Source: Tubiluchus corallicola (Eukaryota; Animalia; Priapulida). From it: 64,000 nucleotides of DNA. Under the pieces are notes generated by a model. That model was not told where the DNA came from. It saw only the letters and a list, made by a program, of their open reading frames with translations, and made no database searches. Where the stretch lies: the NCBI GenBank assembly GCA_030141605.1, contig JAQGDQ010000661.1:52952-116951 (forward strand), read 5' to 3'. Below are positions 14,478-24,922 of this stretch, piece by piece (position 1 is the first letter of the stretch; every line of letters begins with the position of its first letter). The position numbers were made by a program, and so were the translations under genes.

Positions 14478-16991
14478 TCACAAATAGACCAGACATCTTC
14501 GTGAATAACTTCTATGACACCAAAACGCGATGACTACAACCAGAAAACTCAACAATATGATGTACTTCTGCCTGGTGGCGCTGCTTGAACTTACTGATGT
14601 TGACAGTAAGTAGTACAGACATATTACGTTATACCTTGTAATGTTATATATCTCACGGAGTGAAATATTTGGAAATACAGTTTTATTCTCAATTGTTGGC
14701 GTCAAGACTTGTTGACCACCATCTGTCGTAGGTTTGGTGGGTACTAGCTCTTCTTCTTCTTCTTCAGAGCTGCTTCTTTCGCCTACGTAAGTTGTGTCAG
14801 TGTCGGAAACATCCTCAATTATAGGCTCCAAGGGCTTTTGACCACCGTCTATGATCTTGTTAGAAGATATTTGTTGCTGACCAGATTGTGTGTCACCTGT
14901 TTCTTCTACGTAAGTTATGTCAGTGTCAGAAGCATTCTCAATTATAGGCTCCAAGGGCTTTTGACCACCTTCTATGATCTTGTTAGAAGATATTTGTTGC
15001 TGACCAGATTGCGTGCCACCCGTTTCTTCTACGTAAGTTATGTCAGTGTCAGAAGCATTCTCAACTATAGGCTTCAAGATCTGTTGACCACCATCTATGA
15101 TCTTGTTAGAAGATATTTGTTGCTGACCAGATTGCGTGCCACCCGTTTCTTCTACGTAAGTTATGTCAGTGTCAGAAGCATTCACAACTATAGGCTTCAA
15201 GATCTGTTGACCACCATCTATGATCTTGTTAGAAGATATTTGTTGCTGACCAGATTGCGTGCCACCCGTTTCTTCTACGTATGTTATCTCAGTGTCAGAA
15301 GCATTCTCAACTATAGGCTTCAAGATCTGTTGACCACCTTCTATGATCTTGTTAGAAGATATTTGTTGCTGACCAGATTGCGTGCCACCTGTTTCTTCTA
15401 CGTAAGTTATGTCAGTGTCAGAAGCATTCACAACTATAGGCTTCAAGATCTGTTGACCACCTTCTATGATCTTGTTAGAAGATATTTGTTGCTGACCAGG
15501 TTGTGTGCCACCTGTTTCTTCTACGTACGTTATGTCAGTGTCAGAAGCATTCTCAACTATAGGCTTCAAGATCTGTTGACCACCTTCTATGATCTTGTTA
15601 GAAGATATTTGTTGCTGACCAGATTGTGTGCCACCCGTTTCTTCTACGTAAGTTATGTCAGTGTCAGAAGCATTCACAACTATAGGCTTCAAGATCTGTT
15701 GACCACCATCTATGATCTTGTTAGAAGATATTTGTTGCTGACCAGATTGCGTGCCACCTGTTTCTTCTACGTACGTTATGTCAGTGTCAGAAGCATTCTC
15801 AACTATAGGCTTCAAGATCTGTTGACCACCTTCTATGATCTTGTTAGAAGATATTTGTTGCTGACCAGATTGCGTGCCACCTGTTTCTTCTACGTAAGTT
15901 ATGTCAGTGTCAGAAGCATTCTCAACTATAGGCTTCAAGATCTGTTGACCACCTTCTATGATCTTGTTAGAAGATATTTGTTGCTGACCAGATTGCGTGC
16001 CACCCGTTTCTTCTACGTAAGTTATGTCAGTGTCAGAAGCATTCACAACTATAGGCTTCAAGATCTGTTGACCACCTTCTATGATCTTGTTAGAAGATAT
16101 TTGTTGCTGACCAGGTTGCGTGCCACCTGTTTCTTCTACGTACGTTATGTCAGTGTCAGAAGCATTCTCAACTATAGGCTTCAAGATCTGTTGACCACCT
16201 TCTATGATCTTGTTAGAAGATATTTGTTGCTGACCAGGTAGCGAGATGCCTCTTTCATTTTGGTAGGTAACATTCACATCAAAAACATTCTCACTTATGG
16301 GCTCCAAGATTTGTTGACTACCATCTGTTGTATTTTTGGGAATTAGCACTTTCTGAACTTGTTGCAAGCTACTTGCATCGGCTAGGTAGGTTTTGCCAGC
16401 ATCAAAAACATTCGTGTTCTGCTGTTGAGTTCTTTTTGCAAAAAGTTCCTCAAATTCTACATTGCTGTCAGGTGTGTCAGGTGTTCTTGTTTTTATAATT
16501 TGTGATTGGAAGCCGTCGTCTTCAGATCTAGACAAACGTGTTACAACCGAGTCAAAATCTATTTCGCGCTGTTCCGGGGCATCTGCGGCATATGCTACAG
16601 TCGAGTCAACTCCATTTTCATGCTGAACAGGAGCTTGTTCTGCATTATAAGTAACTTTGCGTCCATGCGTCTGGCTGTGGTCAATTTTGGAAAAACCTGG
16701 TACTTTTGAAGTTTTTATAGGATTCGTTTCTTTAAAATGTTTTTGAACTGCATCCTTCTTATATTCAGTCTTCCTGCAATCACAGCTCAAGCAGTTCTCA
16801 ATAGAGATCATGAAGCCCTCCAGGCATTTGGCACATCCTCCCTTTAGCTGATATTCAGATCCACCTGCTTCTGGTTCCATGGTTTTTTCGCTCGAGACAT
16901 CCTGTGCATCAGTTCTCTCTCTGCTTCCATTTTTTATAGATTGTTTTTGACCTGTTGAGTTGGAATTTGGTAACGAAGCCTGATCTGACAT
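14478..16991 (-). CDS. Intronless uncharacterised repeat protein (up to 837 aa) with 41-aa tandem repeats; paralogue of 21727-22233
   Basis: Long ORF with non-repetitive N- and C-termini. N-terminal blocks (GGCAKCLEGF..NCLSC; DSVVTRLS..DGFQSQIIKT..FEELFA) align with the neighbouring ORF. Eleven near-identical 41-aa units plus degenerate flanking units; hydrophobic stretch near the C-terminus. The true start may be the conserved EKTMEPEA methionine. Confidence 0.7.
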   Translation of the reverse strand: MSDQASLPNSNSTGQKQSIKNGSRERTDAQDVSSEKTMEPEAGGSEYQLKGGCAKCLEGFMISIENCLSCDCRKTEYKKDAVQKHFKETNPIKTSKVPGFSKIDHSQTHGRKVTYNAEQAPVQHENGVDSTVAYAADAPEQREIDFDSVVTRLSRSEDDGFQSQIIKTRTPDTPDSNVEFEELFAKRTQQQNTNVFDAGKTYLADASSLQQVQKVLIPKNTTDGSQQILEPISENVFDVNVTYQNERGISLPGQQQISSNKIIEGGQQILKPIVENASDTDITYVEETGGTQPGQQQISSNKIIEGGQQILKPIVVNASDTDITYVEETGGTQSGQQQISSNKIIEGGQQILKPIVENASDTDITYVEETGGTQSGQQQISSNKIIEGGQQILKPIVENASDTDITYVEETGGTQSGQQQISSNKIIDGGQQILKPIVVNASDTDITYVEETGGTQSGQQQISSNKIIEGGQQILKPIVENASDTDITYVEETGGTQPGQQQISSNKIIEGGQQILKPIVVNASDTDITYVEETGGTQSGQQQISSNKIIEGGQQILKPIVENASDTEITYVEETGGTQSGQQQISSNKIIDGGQQILKPIVVNASDTDITYVEETGGTQSGQQQISSNKIIDGGQQILKPIVENASDTDITYVEETGGTQSGQQQISSNKIIEGGQKPLEPIIENASDTDITYVEETGDTQSGQQQISSNKIIDGGQKPLEPIIEDVSDTDTTYVGERSSSEEEEEELVPTKPTTDGGQQVLTPTIENKTVFPNISLREIYNITRYNVICLYYLLSTSVSSSSATRQKYIILLSFLVVVIAFWCHRSYSRRCLVYL
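14785..16238. repeat. 123-bp coding tandem repeat
   Basis: Period 123 nt, encoding GGQQILKPIVENASDTDITYVEETGGTQSGQQQISSNKIIE on the minus strand. Confidence 0.95.
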
Positions 16992-17607
16992 TTCTGTACG
17001 TGCAAAGTCGCATTTTATTCTTAAATGTTTGTGCTGACTGAGTTTTTAGCTAGTAATCTACGATTTCAGTTTTTTCTCTTTTACCTGATTTATGTTTGCT
17101 GCTTCTCGTAGTTCATCGCTTATTGTTTTAGTGTCATCTTTTGCATTGAAAATACTATCACTTTAAGGCATAACCATCTAGTTGGTTAGTTTCTTGTCTG
17201 TCCTGGTCACATCAGAAATGGCTTAGTATCACTGTTGATTTCTCCTTTCTCCAAAATTTGCCCCTGGTTTTAGCTGATATCTCAACTGAAACACGAGGAG
17301 TTTGGACTAAAGGAAACGTCAGACAGGATGAGAGGCTGCAGTCGCAGAGACAGAGCAAGGCGTACTCGTAAGCTGGCCTTGCAAGTTTGTTAAAAGTTTT
17401 GTTCTCAACGTGTTCCATTGTTTTACACAGGAAACAATGCAAGGAACTTTCATTTTCTTTAAACTAAAAAATTCTATTTGTTAGTCTCTTCATATAGTTT
17501 GTCTCAGACAGTTACTCTTGGGTTAAAATTTCTAGGACTTTATGTATGTGATTTTTATAACGTTGTTGTAGCTTATTCGAGGTCCGTGTGCCACTTGTGT
17601 TTATCTG

Positions 17608-18241
17608 GTGACAGGTAGTAACGTCACGGAAAAAAATCACAATTATGGTTATGAAAAAGTGACAGGAAAAGTCACAAATTTACTTTCGCAAAAGTTAGAA
17701 TTAGGGTTAGGGGTTAGGGATAGTGTTAGGTCTAGGGTACAGGTTAGGGGTTAGGGGTTAGGGATTGTGTTAGGGCTAGGGCTAGGGCTAGGGCTAGGGT
17801 TAGAATTAGGGTTAGGGGTTAGGGATAGTGTTAGGGTAAGGGCTAGGTTAGGGTTAGAATATGGGTTAGGGGTTAGGGATAGTGTTAGGCCTAGGGCTAG
17901 GGTTAGGGTTAGGGGTTCGGGTTAGGGGTTAGGGATAGTGTTAGCACTAGGGCTAGGGTTAGGGTTAAGGTTGGGGGTTAGGGATACTGTTAGGGGTTAG
18001 AGATAGTGTTACGGCTACGGCTACGGCTAGGGTTAGGGCTAGGGCTAAGGATAGGGCTAGGTTAGGGTTAGGGTTAGGGTAAGGGTTAGGGTTAGGGTTA
18101 GGATTAGGGTAAGGATTAGAATTAGGATTAGGGGTTAGGGATAGGGTTAGGGTTAAGGTTAGGGGTTAGGGTTAGGGTTATTTCTTTTTCCCTTTGACCT
18201 TTTTTCTTTGACTTTTTAGCCTGTGACGTTTTACATGTCAC
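17608..18241. mobile_element. TIR element with an internal degenerate TTAGGG array
   Basis: Termini GTGACAGGTAGTAACGTCAC / GTGACGTTTTACATGTCAC enclose ~480 bp of TTAGGG/CTAGGG/ATAGTG variants (about 17697-18180). Confidence 0.65.
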
Positions 18242-18379
18242 TTTTTAAATCCTTCAGCACCGTAAGTGTTAGCTGCATTTTGCATGGGTTCATTAAAAAC
18301 TACCCTCACTAAGCAGCGATTACGTTGTATCTGATATTTTTTGAAGGTTTCTACTCCTCGAACAATGGTTCTCATATAT

Positions 18380-18924
18380 GAAATGCATTTCTTTAACTTA
18401 GACAAATTAAAGATTGATTTTTGATGAATAAATTGACAAAAGCTTTCAGTAACTGCAGTGTCTGCACTGTAACAAAGTACAGTATCACTTCTGTGAAACC
18501 GGCTAATGTAGAAAAATTCAACTATCCAGACGCAACACTCTGACACACGTTTGCCTCAAGTCTGCTCTATTTTTAAGGAGAAATTCCTGTTAAAATATGA
18601 AACCATCTTAATTTGTCGATGGTTGATCCGTTGGTTTTTCCTGAAGTAGTAACAGAACACTGTACAGCTTGGGCTGTAGCAAGCAGGCGATCAATAAAAT
18701 AGTGTGTACGATCACGCAAGTGTACACCAGACTAAGCTACTCAATAGGCTAAGTTGGAGTGCCTGAAAATAGCGTGTTTTTCTTAATTTTGTCCAATTAA
18801 ATCACTAATAAATGTTTAAATAAATAGCAAATAAATTGTTTAGCTGAGATTCTTCCGAGTGGAACACTAACTAATTATTTAGTTGGAATCATTTAGTCAT
18901 GTCTGTGCTCATACAGTAGCAGAA
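18380..18924 (+). mobile_element. Dispersed repeat family C copy, interrupted by a SINE
   Basis: Collinear with 37640-38190; continues as GCAGAAAAGTC after the SINE. Confidence 0.7.
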
Positions 18925-19468
18925 GACTACGGCCAAATCACGTTGAAAACACCGGTTCTCGTCTGATCACCGAAGTTAAGCAATGTAGAGCCTGGTTAGT
19001 ACTTGGATAGGTGACCGCCTAGGAATATCAGGATCTGTAGGCTTGCGGGATGCCCACACTGTATATCGACACTAGGCAGAGGAGCTGCACAAGCAGCCAA
19101 CGGCTAGAGGGCGGAGGAGGTCAAGTGACCCAACGGCCATGTGTAGAGGAGTAAACCTTCCAAATCAGGAGTGGAGCCCTGAAGGCGGATCAGTGCAGCA
19201 TGCTCACTGACTCCGGCAGCTCCTACAGCCAACCTGGTGTCAAACGTATCGCTCCGCTTTCCTTTGGACTACTCTAGGGAGGAAGAGAGGGGTTCCTGTT
19301 GTCTGGGCAACTCAGGACCTCCATACACCTTGCCCAGGCGTACGCCCTGGAGACCTTAAAGGATCACTGCTCAGCCACAGTCGACGCTGCAGCTCCATCA
19401 ATGTGATCAATAACTGACTCTCTTGGCGCACACTCCCATTGTCTTCCGAGACAGAAGGATGCCAACCA
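18925..19468 (+). mobile_element. 5S rRNA-derived SINE (SINE3-type)
   Basis: Near full-length 5S head (GACTACGGCCAAATCACGTTGAAAACACCGGTTCTCGTCTGATCACCGAAGTTAAGC...CTGTAGGCTT) runs into a ~420-nt body and a CAAC tail with no oligo-T terminator. Imperfect TSD ACAGTAGCAGAA/ACAGCCGCAGAA; empty site visible near 38172-38189; second copy at 35691-36203. Confidence 0.88.
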
Positions 19469-19819
19469 ACAGCCGCAGAAAAGTCATAAGTATTACAGGG
19501 CCTAGTTTGATTGTTGTGATCTTTGAGGAGTTAACAATGACTTTATTACCAGGATTTATAGTGCGTGATTAAGAACTCTTGTTTTATTAATTTAGAATAA
19601 TATTAATTCGTAGATCATGTTGACTCACGTGAATTTTTGCTTACTTTAATTACTTACAAAGACTTATTCACGAAGAGTTTTAACACCTGGAAGAACTTCT
19701 GACAGCCTCAGTAAATTTTAACCAGACATTGAAAAGCATGGAGAAGTTTAGACTACTGCAGCAGAAATTCTCAAACTTGATGTAAAAATTTTGATTAATA
19801 ATAACAAGTAGCACATTTA

Positions 19820-21478
19820 TTACCTGATCTATTTGTCTAGTTTATTTGTGATATTATATGAACATATTTCTTTTAGTCTGTGCGATTTCACCAGCCCTGG
19901 ATTAACCACTAAGAAGAATACGCACCTTCTTAGTTCCTCAGGGGAAGAATGGTCCAACCGGTTTTTTCCAAATCGACGAATTACCCAAAAGTAAAAGACG
20001 CCGGAATACGTGTTCCAGTTTCTGTGTCTGTCTACAATATGACGGTACGGATGGGCATCGAGATTCTGCTTACTGACCAACCCGAGCTGTCCACTGCCCA
20101 TATGATGATGTTGATTGATTATATAACGTGTCATAATGTATTTCAAGTGATAATGCTTATAAACCGTGTCCGGCATATTCTTGAACTGCGATAATTTAGG
20201 CTATTCATAAGCAAACAACATTTTTTCTTCAGGATTTTATCAAGTTTATGTAATAATTTTCGTACGTTTGTTTGTTTAAATTTTGTTGTGGAGATTGCAT
20301 GGTATAGTAGAACAATCTTTTTACCTTGTAGAATGTAGAAGTTTCGAGAACTTTCTATACGCGATGCGCGTAATCGTTTCTAGATTGTTCTGGTTTTGTT
20401 CATTTGCATTCATATATAAGGCGAAGCTGGCCGCTGGAGTTTATTTTCAGATTCTCAGATGCGCTTTCTCGTTTACAGATTATCACATTTACTGTACACA
20501 TTTCGCGTTCCTTCATACTTTTGTGTTGTAGAATTCTCGCATAATAAACTAGTTTAATTTGATGACATGTTTTCTTGTTTTCTCTACGAGCCTTCCGAGA
20601 GAAAGAAACTGTTGTGGAGATCGCTGGCATCTATTAGAATTACACAGAACATTGTAGAATGTTCCGTTGGAATGATCGTCTTACCGTGTAGAATGTTCTG
20701 GAACAAAACTTCTGGAAGCTTCTTGGGCACGCTATATAAGGCGAAGCAGTCCGCTGAGACGGGAGCACACGATTCACACGGACGCCACTTACACATTCTC
20801 TTGTATACTTACATTTTCAGATACACTCACACGTTTTCCAGATTATCACATTTACTGTAATCATTTCGCGTTCCTTCATACTTTTGTGTTGTAGAATTCT
20901 CGCTTAATAAACTAGTTTAATTTGATGAAGTGTTTTCTGGTTTTCTCTACGAGCCTTCCGAGAGAAACAAAACACAACAGAAACGCAACAAAATTACAAT
21001 TACAACATTAAAATTGCATATGTTTGTTTCGTTTTACACGGTATTAAAACAATAACTAAAAATTTTACTGAAACAGCACAGCCAGTAATTTTATCTAACA
21101 GCTAGTGTTACAAAAGCTCACTTTTACCTAATCTATTTGTCTAGTTTATTTGTGATATTATATGAACATATTTCTTTTAGTCTGTGCGATTTCACCAGCC
21201 CTGGATTAACCATTAAGAAGAATACGCATCTTCTTAGGTCCTCAGGGGAAGAATGGTCCAACCGGTTTTTTTTCCAAATCGACTAATTACCCAAAAGTAA
21301 AAGACGCCGGAATACGTGTTGCAGTTTCTGTGTCTGTCTACAATATGACGGTACGGATGGACATCGAGATTCTGGTTACTGACCAACCCGAGCTGTCCAC
21401 TGCCCATATGATGATATTGATTGATTATATAACGTGTCATAATGTATTTCTGTCATAATGTATGTAAGTGGTAATGCT
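19820..21478. repeat. ~340-bp direct repeat pair (19820-20160 and 21127-21478)
   Basis: Near-identical blocks beginning TTACCT(G/A)ATCTATTTGTCTAGTTTATTTGTG. Confidence 0.9.
20284..20990 (+). mobile_element. Tandem pair of LTR-like units with no internal domain
   Basis: Units start TGTTGTGGAGAT (20284 and 20610), each has TATATAAG and AATAAA, and the block ends in CAACA; flanks match an uninterrupted sequence at about 31318-31480. Confidence 0.55.
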
Positions 21479-21726
21479 TCTGTGGTGATAATGTTGCTTT
21501 TGACTCTTTTTCTTTATCACCTAGTAGTGATGATGACTATGTGACTACTGTAAATAGATCTTACTGCCATTTTTAAAACCCGAAAGATAATATTTCATTT
21601 TACAAAGTAGTATAGTTTTTATTCTGAATTACATATATATGGGGTACCATAACCTTTTCGGTGCTTGATGCTATAATGCAGTCATGGACTTCGATTTACC
21701 ACCGACTGAAGAAGTTGAAAAAAAAT

Positions 21727-22233
21727 CTAATATGAATTTTTGTAAGATCCAAAAACCATTCCTTTATCCAAATAAGTTTTGTCAGTATGGAAAGCGTTTT
21801 CTCCTTGAACGTTTCTTGCGAAAAGTTCTTCAAAATCTAATTTGCTCAGTACGTCATTAGTTGGGGTTCCCGTTTTTAAAACTTGTGACTGAACGCCATC
21901 GGGTTCGGTTTCAGACAAACGTGTTACAACTGAGTCAACTTCCTGCCGTGTCAAAACATCTTCTGACCTGCGTGTCTCTCCTTCGTTGCCTTCTAGATCT
22001 GGTGCTTGTAGTCTGTACGGTTCTTTGTCAACGCCCACTGGTTGGGCTTCTTGTAACTGGTTTTGCTTTCCTTTTTCATCTTCATCTTTTCCTTTTTCAT
22101 CTCCATCTTTCTTTGATTGGCGTCTGAACGGCTTGCAGCTCAGGCAGTCTTTAACACAGTTTACGAAGCCAACCAGACACTTCACACAACCTCCTCTTGA
22201 CTTCTCTCCCGATGCTTGCGCCTCTGGTGTCAT
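21727..22233 (-). CDS. Intronless uncharacterised protein (168 aa), short paralogue of 14478-16991
   Basis: MTPEA..GGCVKCLVGFVNCVKDCLSC and EVDSVVTRLSETEPDGVQSQVLKT..DFEELFAR..NAFHTDKTYL align with the long ORF; upstream non-coding blocks are also shared (22621-22680 vs 17428-17488). Confidence 0.65.
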   Translation of the reverse strand: MTPEAQASGEKSRGGCVKCLVGFVNCVKDCLSCKPFRRQSKKDGDEKGKDEDEKGKQNQLQEAQPVGVDKEPYRLQAPDLEGNEGETRRSEDVLTRQEVDSVVTRLSETEPDGVQSQVLKTGTPTNDVLSKLDFEELFARNVQGENAFHTDKTYLDKGMVFGSYKNSY

Positions 22234-23529
22234 GGTTTTTTCGCTTAGTAACTCCTGGACATTAGTTATATCTGGATTTCAAATTCCCACTGTCTTCCAT
22301 ACTGTTTTGTTACCTTTGAATTTGTTAGCGACTTCTAATTTGTGCAAAGACGCATCTATCCTTCAGTTGGTGATGGTTGTTCTTATACTTGGTGATCGGT
22401 TTTTCTTTTTTACAGCATCTCTAAATTTAGCTACTCCTATTTTGATTCTTAGCCGTGGTTATTCATGTAGCCACGTCTTTTATGGTTGAATTTCATGTCT
22501 GTGTAAGGCCATAACCAGCTGTACGCTAGAGCTCAAAACTCTAGACTCCAAGAGTGAGGGGAGAACAATGTGAGATCATTAGAACTATTAGGACATTCTA
22601 GGAAATTGTTTAGTTTTCACACGAAAACAATGCAATAATCCTCTATTGTGTCTAAACTTGAAAAATTCTATTTGCTAGTCCCAGAATTTCCTGCTACGTC
22701 TGGGCACGGAGTTCAACACTATGTACACATAAAGAACATTCAATAATCATTATGTTCATTCATGATTTGTTGTTTTTCATTTTCAAAAACTTCCCCTCTA
22801 GTATAATAATATTTTTATTACTTCCCACCCGTATTCACACTTGTATATATTGTAATATTGTATCTATATATATTGTAATATTTTTCGTAAGTAATTCCAA
22901 TGGCCTACCATAAGCTAGCTTCTTAGGTCTCTTGCGCAGAATTCATGAATTGTATCATTAATTTCGTATTAACAAAAACTGATTATCGATGCACATCTAA
23001 TGTATATGTATATTGCGAAATAAATCTATTATATCTAAATCTAATCTAACACGTCTATTCTTTGTTGACTTTATTTCTTCTCGTAGAACACAGCAGCTGA
23101 AACATCATCAGTCTTCCTCAATGAATTTCGAATACAGAAATAAGCAAAAGCGTAACTTTCTAGAAGGCTTGGCCGGTTCTTATTAACTGTGATACACTTT
23201 TTTATTTCACAGAACTGAAAATAAAGAATCTATTCTCTGCAAGCTAGCATGATTATCTATTGAATGAGTTGGTTATTGACTGAAAATTCTACTATTCATT
23301 TTTGGAAGATCCCGCATATTGAGGATTCAGCAAAACACATTTTCGCTTTGCATTTTCTATGCTTTCTATACGCCAGGGACTGTCTTTTAATTTGTTACAA
23401 AAGTCCTGGATCTTATAGATGATTGTTCTTTGATGATCTTCTTGTTTGTTAGAATGTCTGCAAATATCTTCTGTGTCTTCTTCAATCAATCTGTTTTTTC
23501 CATTACTGCGTTCAACCTAAACTTGGTTA

Positions 23530-23950
23530 TCATTGCTATCATCGTCTTCATCATTGTCGTCATCGTCAACATCATTATTATCATTGTCATTGTTATCATC
23601 GTCATCGCCATCATTATCATCATCATCACCTTCATCATCATTATCACCATCATTGTCATTGCAATAATCACCAGCATCATCTTCTTATTCGTCATCATCG
23701 TCCTTATCATCATCATCATCATCAACAACAACAAGATCATCATCAACAACATCACATCATTATCATCCTCATCAACATCACCACGATCACCATCATTATC
23801 ATCATCATTATCGTCATTATCACCATCATCATCATCATGACCACCACAACCACCATGATGATCATCATCATCACCATCGTCATCAATAAGACGAACTTAT
23901 ACATTGTCATAACAGACTTGGTGATCATTGTCGTCATCATCGTGATCATA
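23530..23950. repeat. Degenerate (CAT)n low-complexity tract
   Basis: Read directly; inverted homologue of part of 5411-5960. Confidence 0.88.
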
Positions 23951-24185
23951 ATAGAAGTGTTCATCATTTTCATAATAATCCTTGTTGCTGTCGTATTCAC
24001 TAATGATGCCGCAGTGCATGATTAGCAAAGAATCTTGGCCTTCATTGACGAAGCCATTTCTACCCATACCTTCATCATAACATTCGTCACTGTATCACTG
24101 TCACTACCATTATCAGCAAAAACCATCATGTTCATAAAGGTTGCCCCTATTGTAGATATTGGCGACATTTGATGTGCTATTAAAC

Positions 24186-24788
24186 GGAAGTGGTGCTGAC
24201 AAGCCACTGACGTAGCAGTGTATAGTTTTTTGCTGGATTACTGCTGCGTTTACCTGTCTGAAGGCAGATTTCTTTTATTTTAGAATTCTGCCTGCCCAAC
24301 GTCTACAATAGACGTGACGGGCGTATGATGATGATGAATGTACTCGTATCATCATTATCATTTTGCAGCTAAAATTACATTGCGAACTTTATGCTGCCAA
24401 GTTATATAAAAATGTACATATTTTGTTTTTAAGGTGAGTCTACATTTATAAATCCCATGTTTTAATAAATAAATGTTTTTACTGATTTCTCCGTGGGTCT
24501 ATGTCCACCTAATTTTACGTAGACAACTAGAAATTTGTGTGATCTATATGCGCATTTCCAAAGTATAAAATCAACATCAAGTTTTAATATCTAGGGCACT
24601 GATCTCATAAAGATTGGAAAGGAAGTGGTGCTGACAAGCCACTGGCGTAGCAGTGTCTAGTTTTTTTGCTGGTTTACTGCTGCGTTTACCTGTCTGAAGG
24701 CAGATTTCTTTTAGAATTCTGCCTGCCCAATGTCTACGATAGACGTGACGGGCGTATGATGATGATGATGATGATGATGTACTCGTAA
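24186..24788 (+). repeat. Two ~165-bp direct copies (24186-24348 and 24621-24788) with three hairpins and a (TGA)n tail; probable retroposon 3' ends
   Basis: Near-identical copies; stems visible by eye; tail length differs between copies. Confidence 0.7.
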
Positions 24789-24922
24789 CAATGTGTTCAC
24801 TAAGTGGTTTACCATGTCTGTGCTTCCTTACCTAGAATATTTTTGGCTGAATTATTGATGAAGATCTGGTTTGGGCGACTGACTGAGACTCTTGGAGGTT
24901 TGCCTAAATTGGTTACCTGTAA

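Noticed and set aside
14838-16241. 467-aa + strand ORF
   Set aside because: Antisense shadow confined to the 123-bp repeat; the minus-strand frame extends beyond the repeat and has a paralogue.
16992-17180. Coding-looking sequence upstream of the 837-aa ORF, suggesting stop-codon reassignment
   Set aside because: ENKD1 ends at TAA exactly where homologues end, so the standard code fits; more likely UTR or decayed coding sequence.
17697-18180. True telomere or chromosome fusion site
   Set aside because: Degenerate, single orientation, and enclosed by the TIRs of a dispersed element.
18925-19044. Functional 5S rRNA genes (also 36094-36203)
   Set aside because: Several substitutions, no oligo-T terminator, a shared downstream body and TSDs show these are SINE heads.
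19829-20194. ORFs inside the 340-bp direct repeat
   Set aside because: No recognisable motif, and the second copy is frameshifted.
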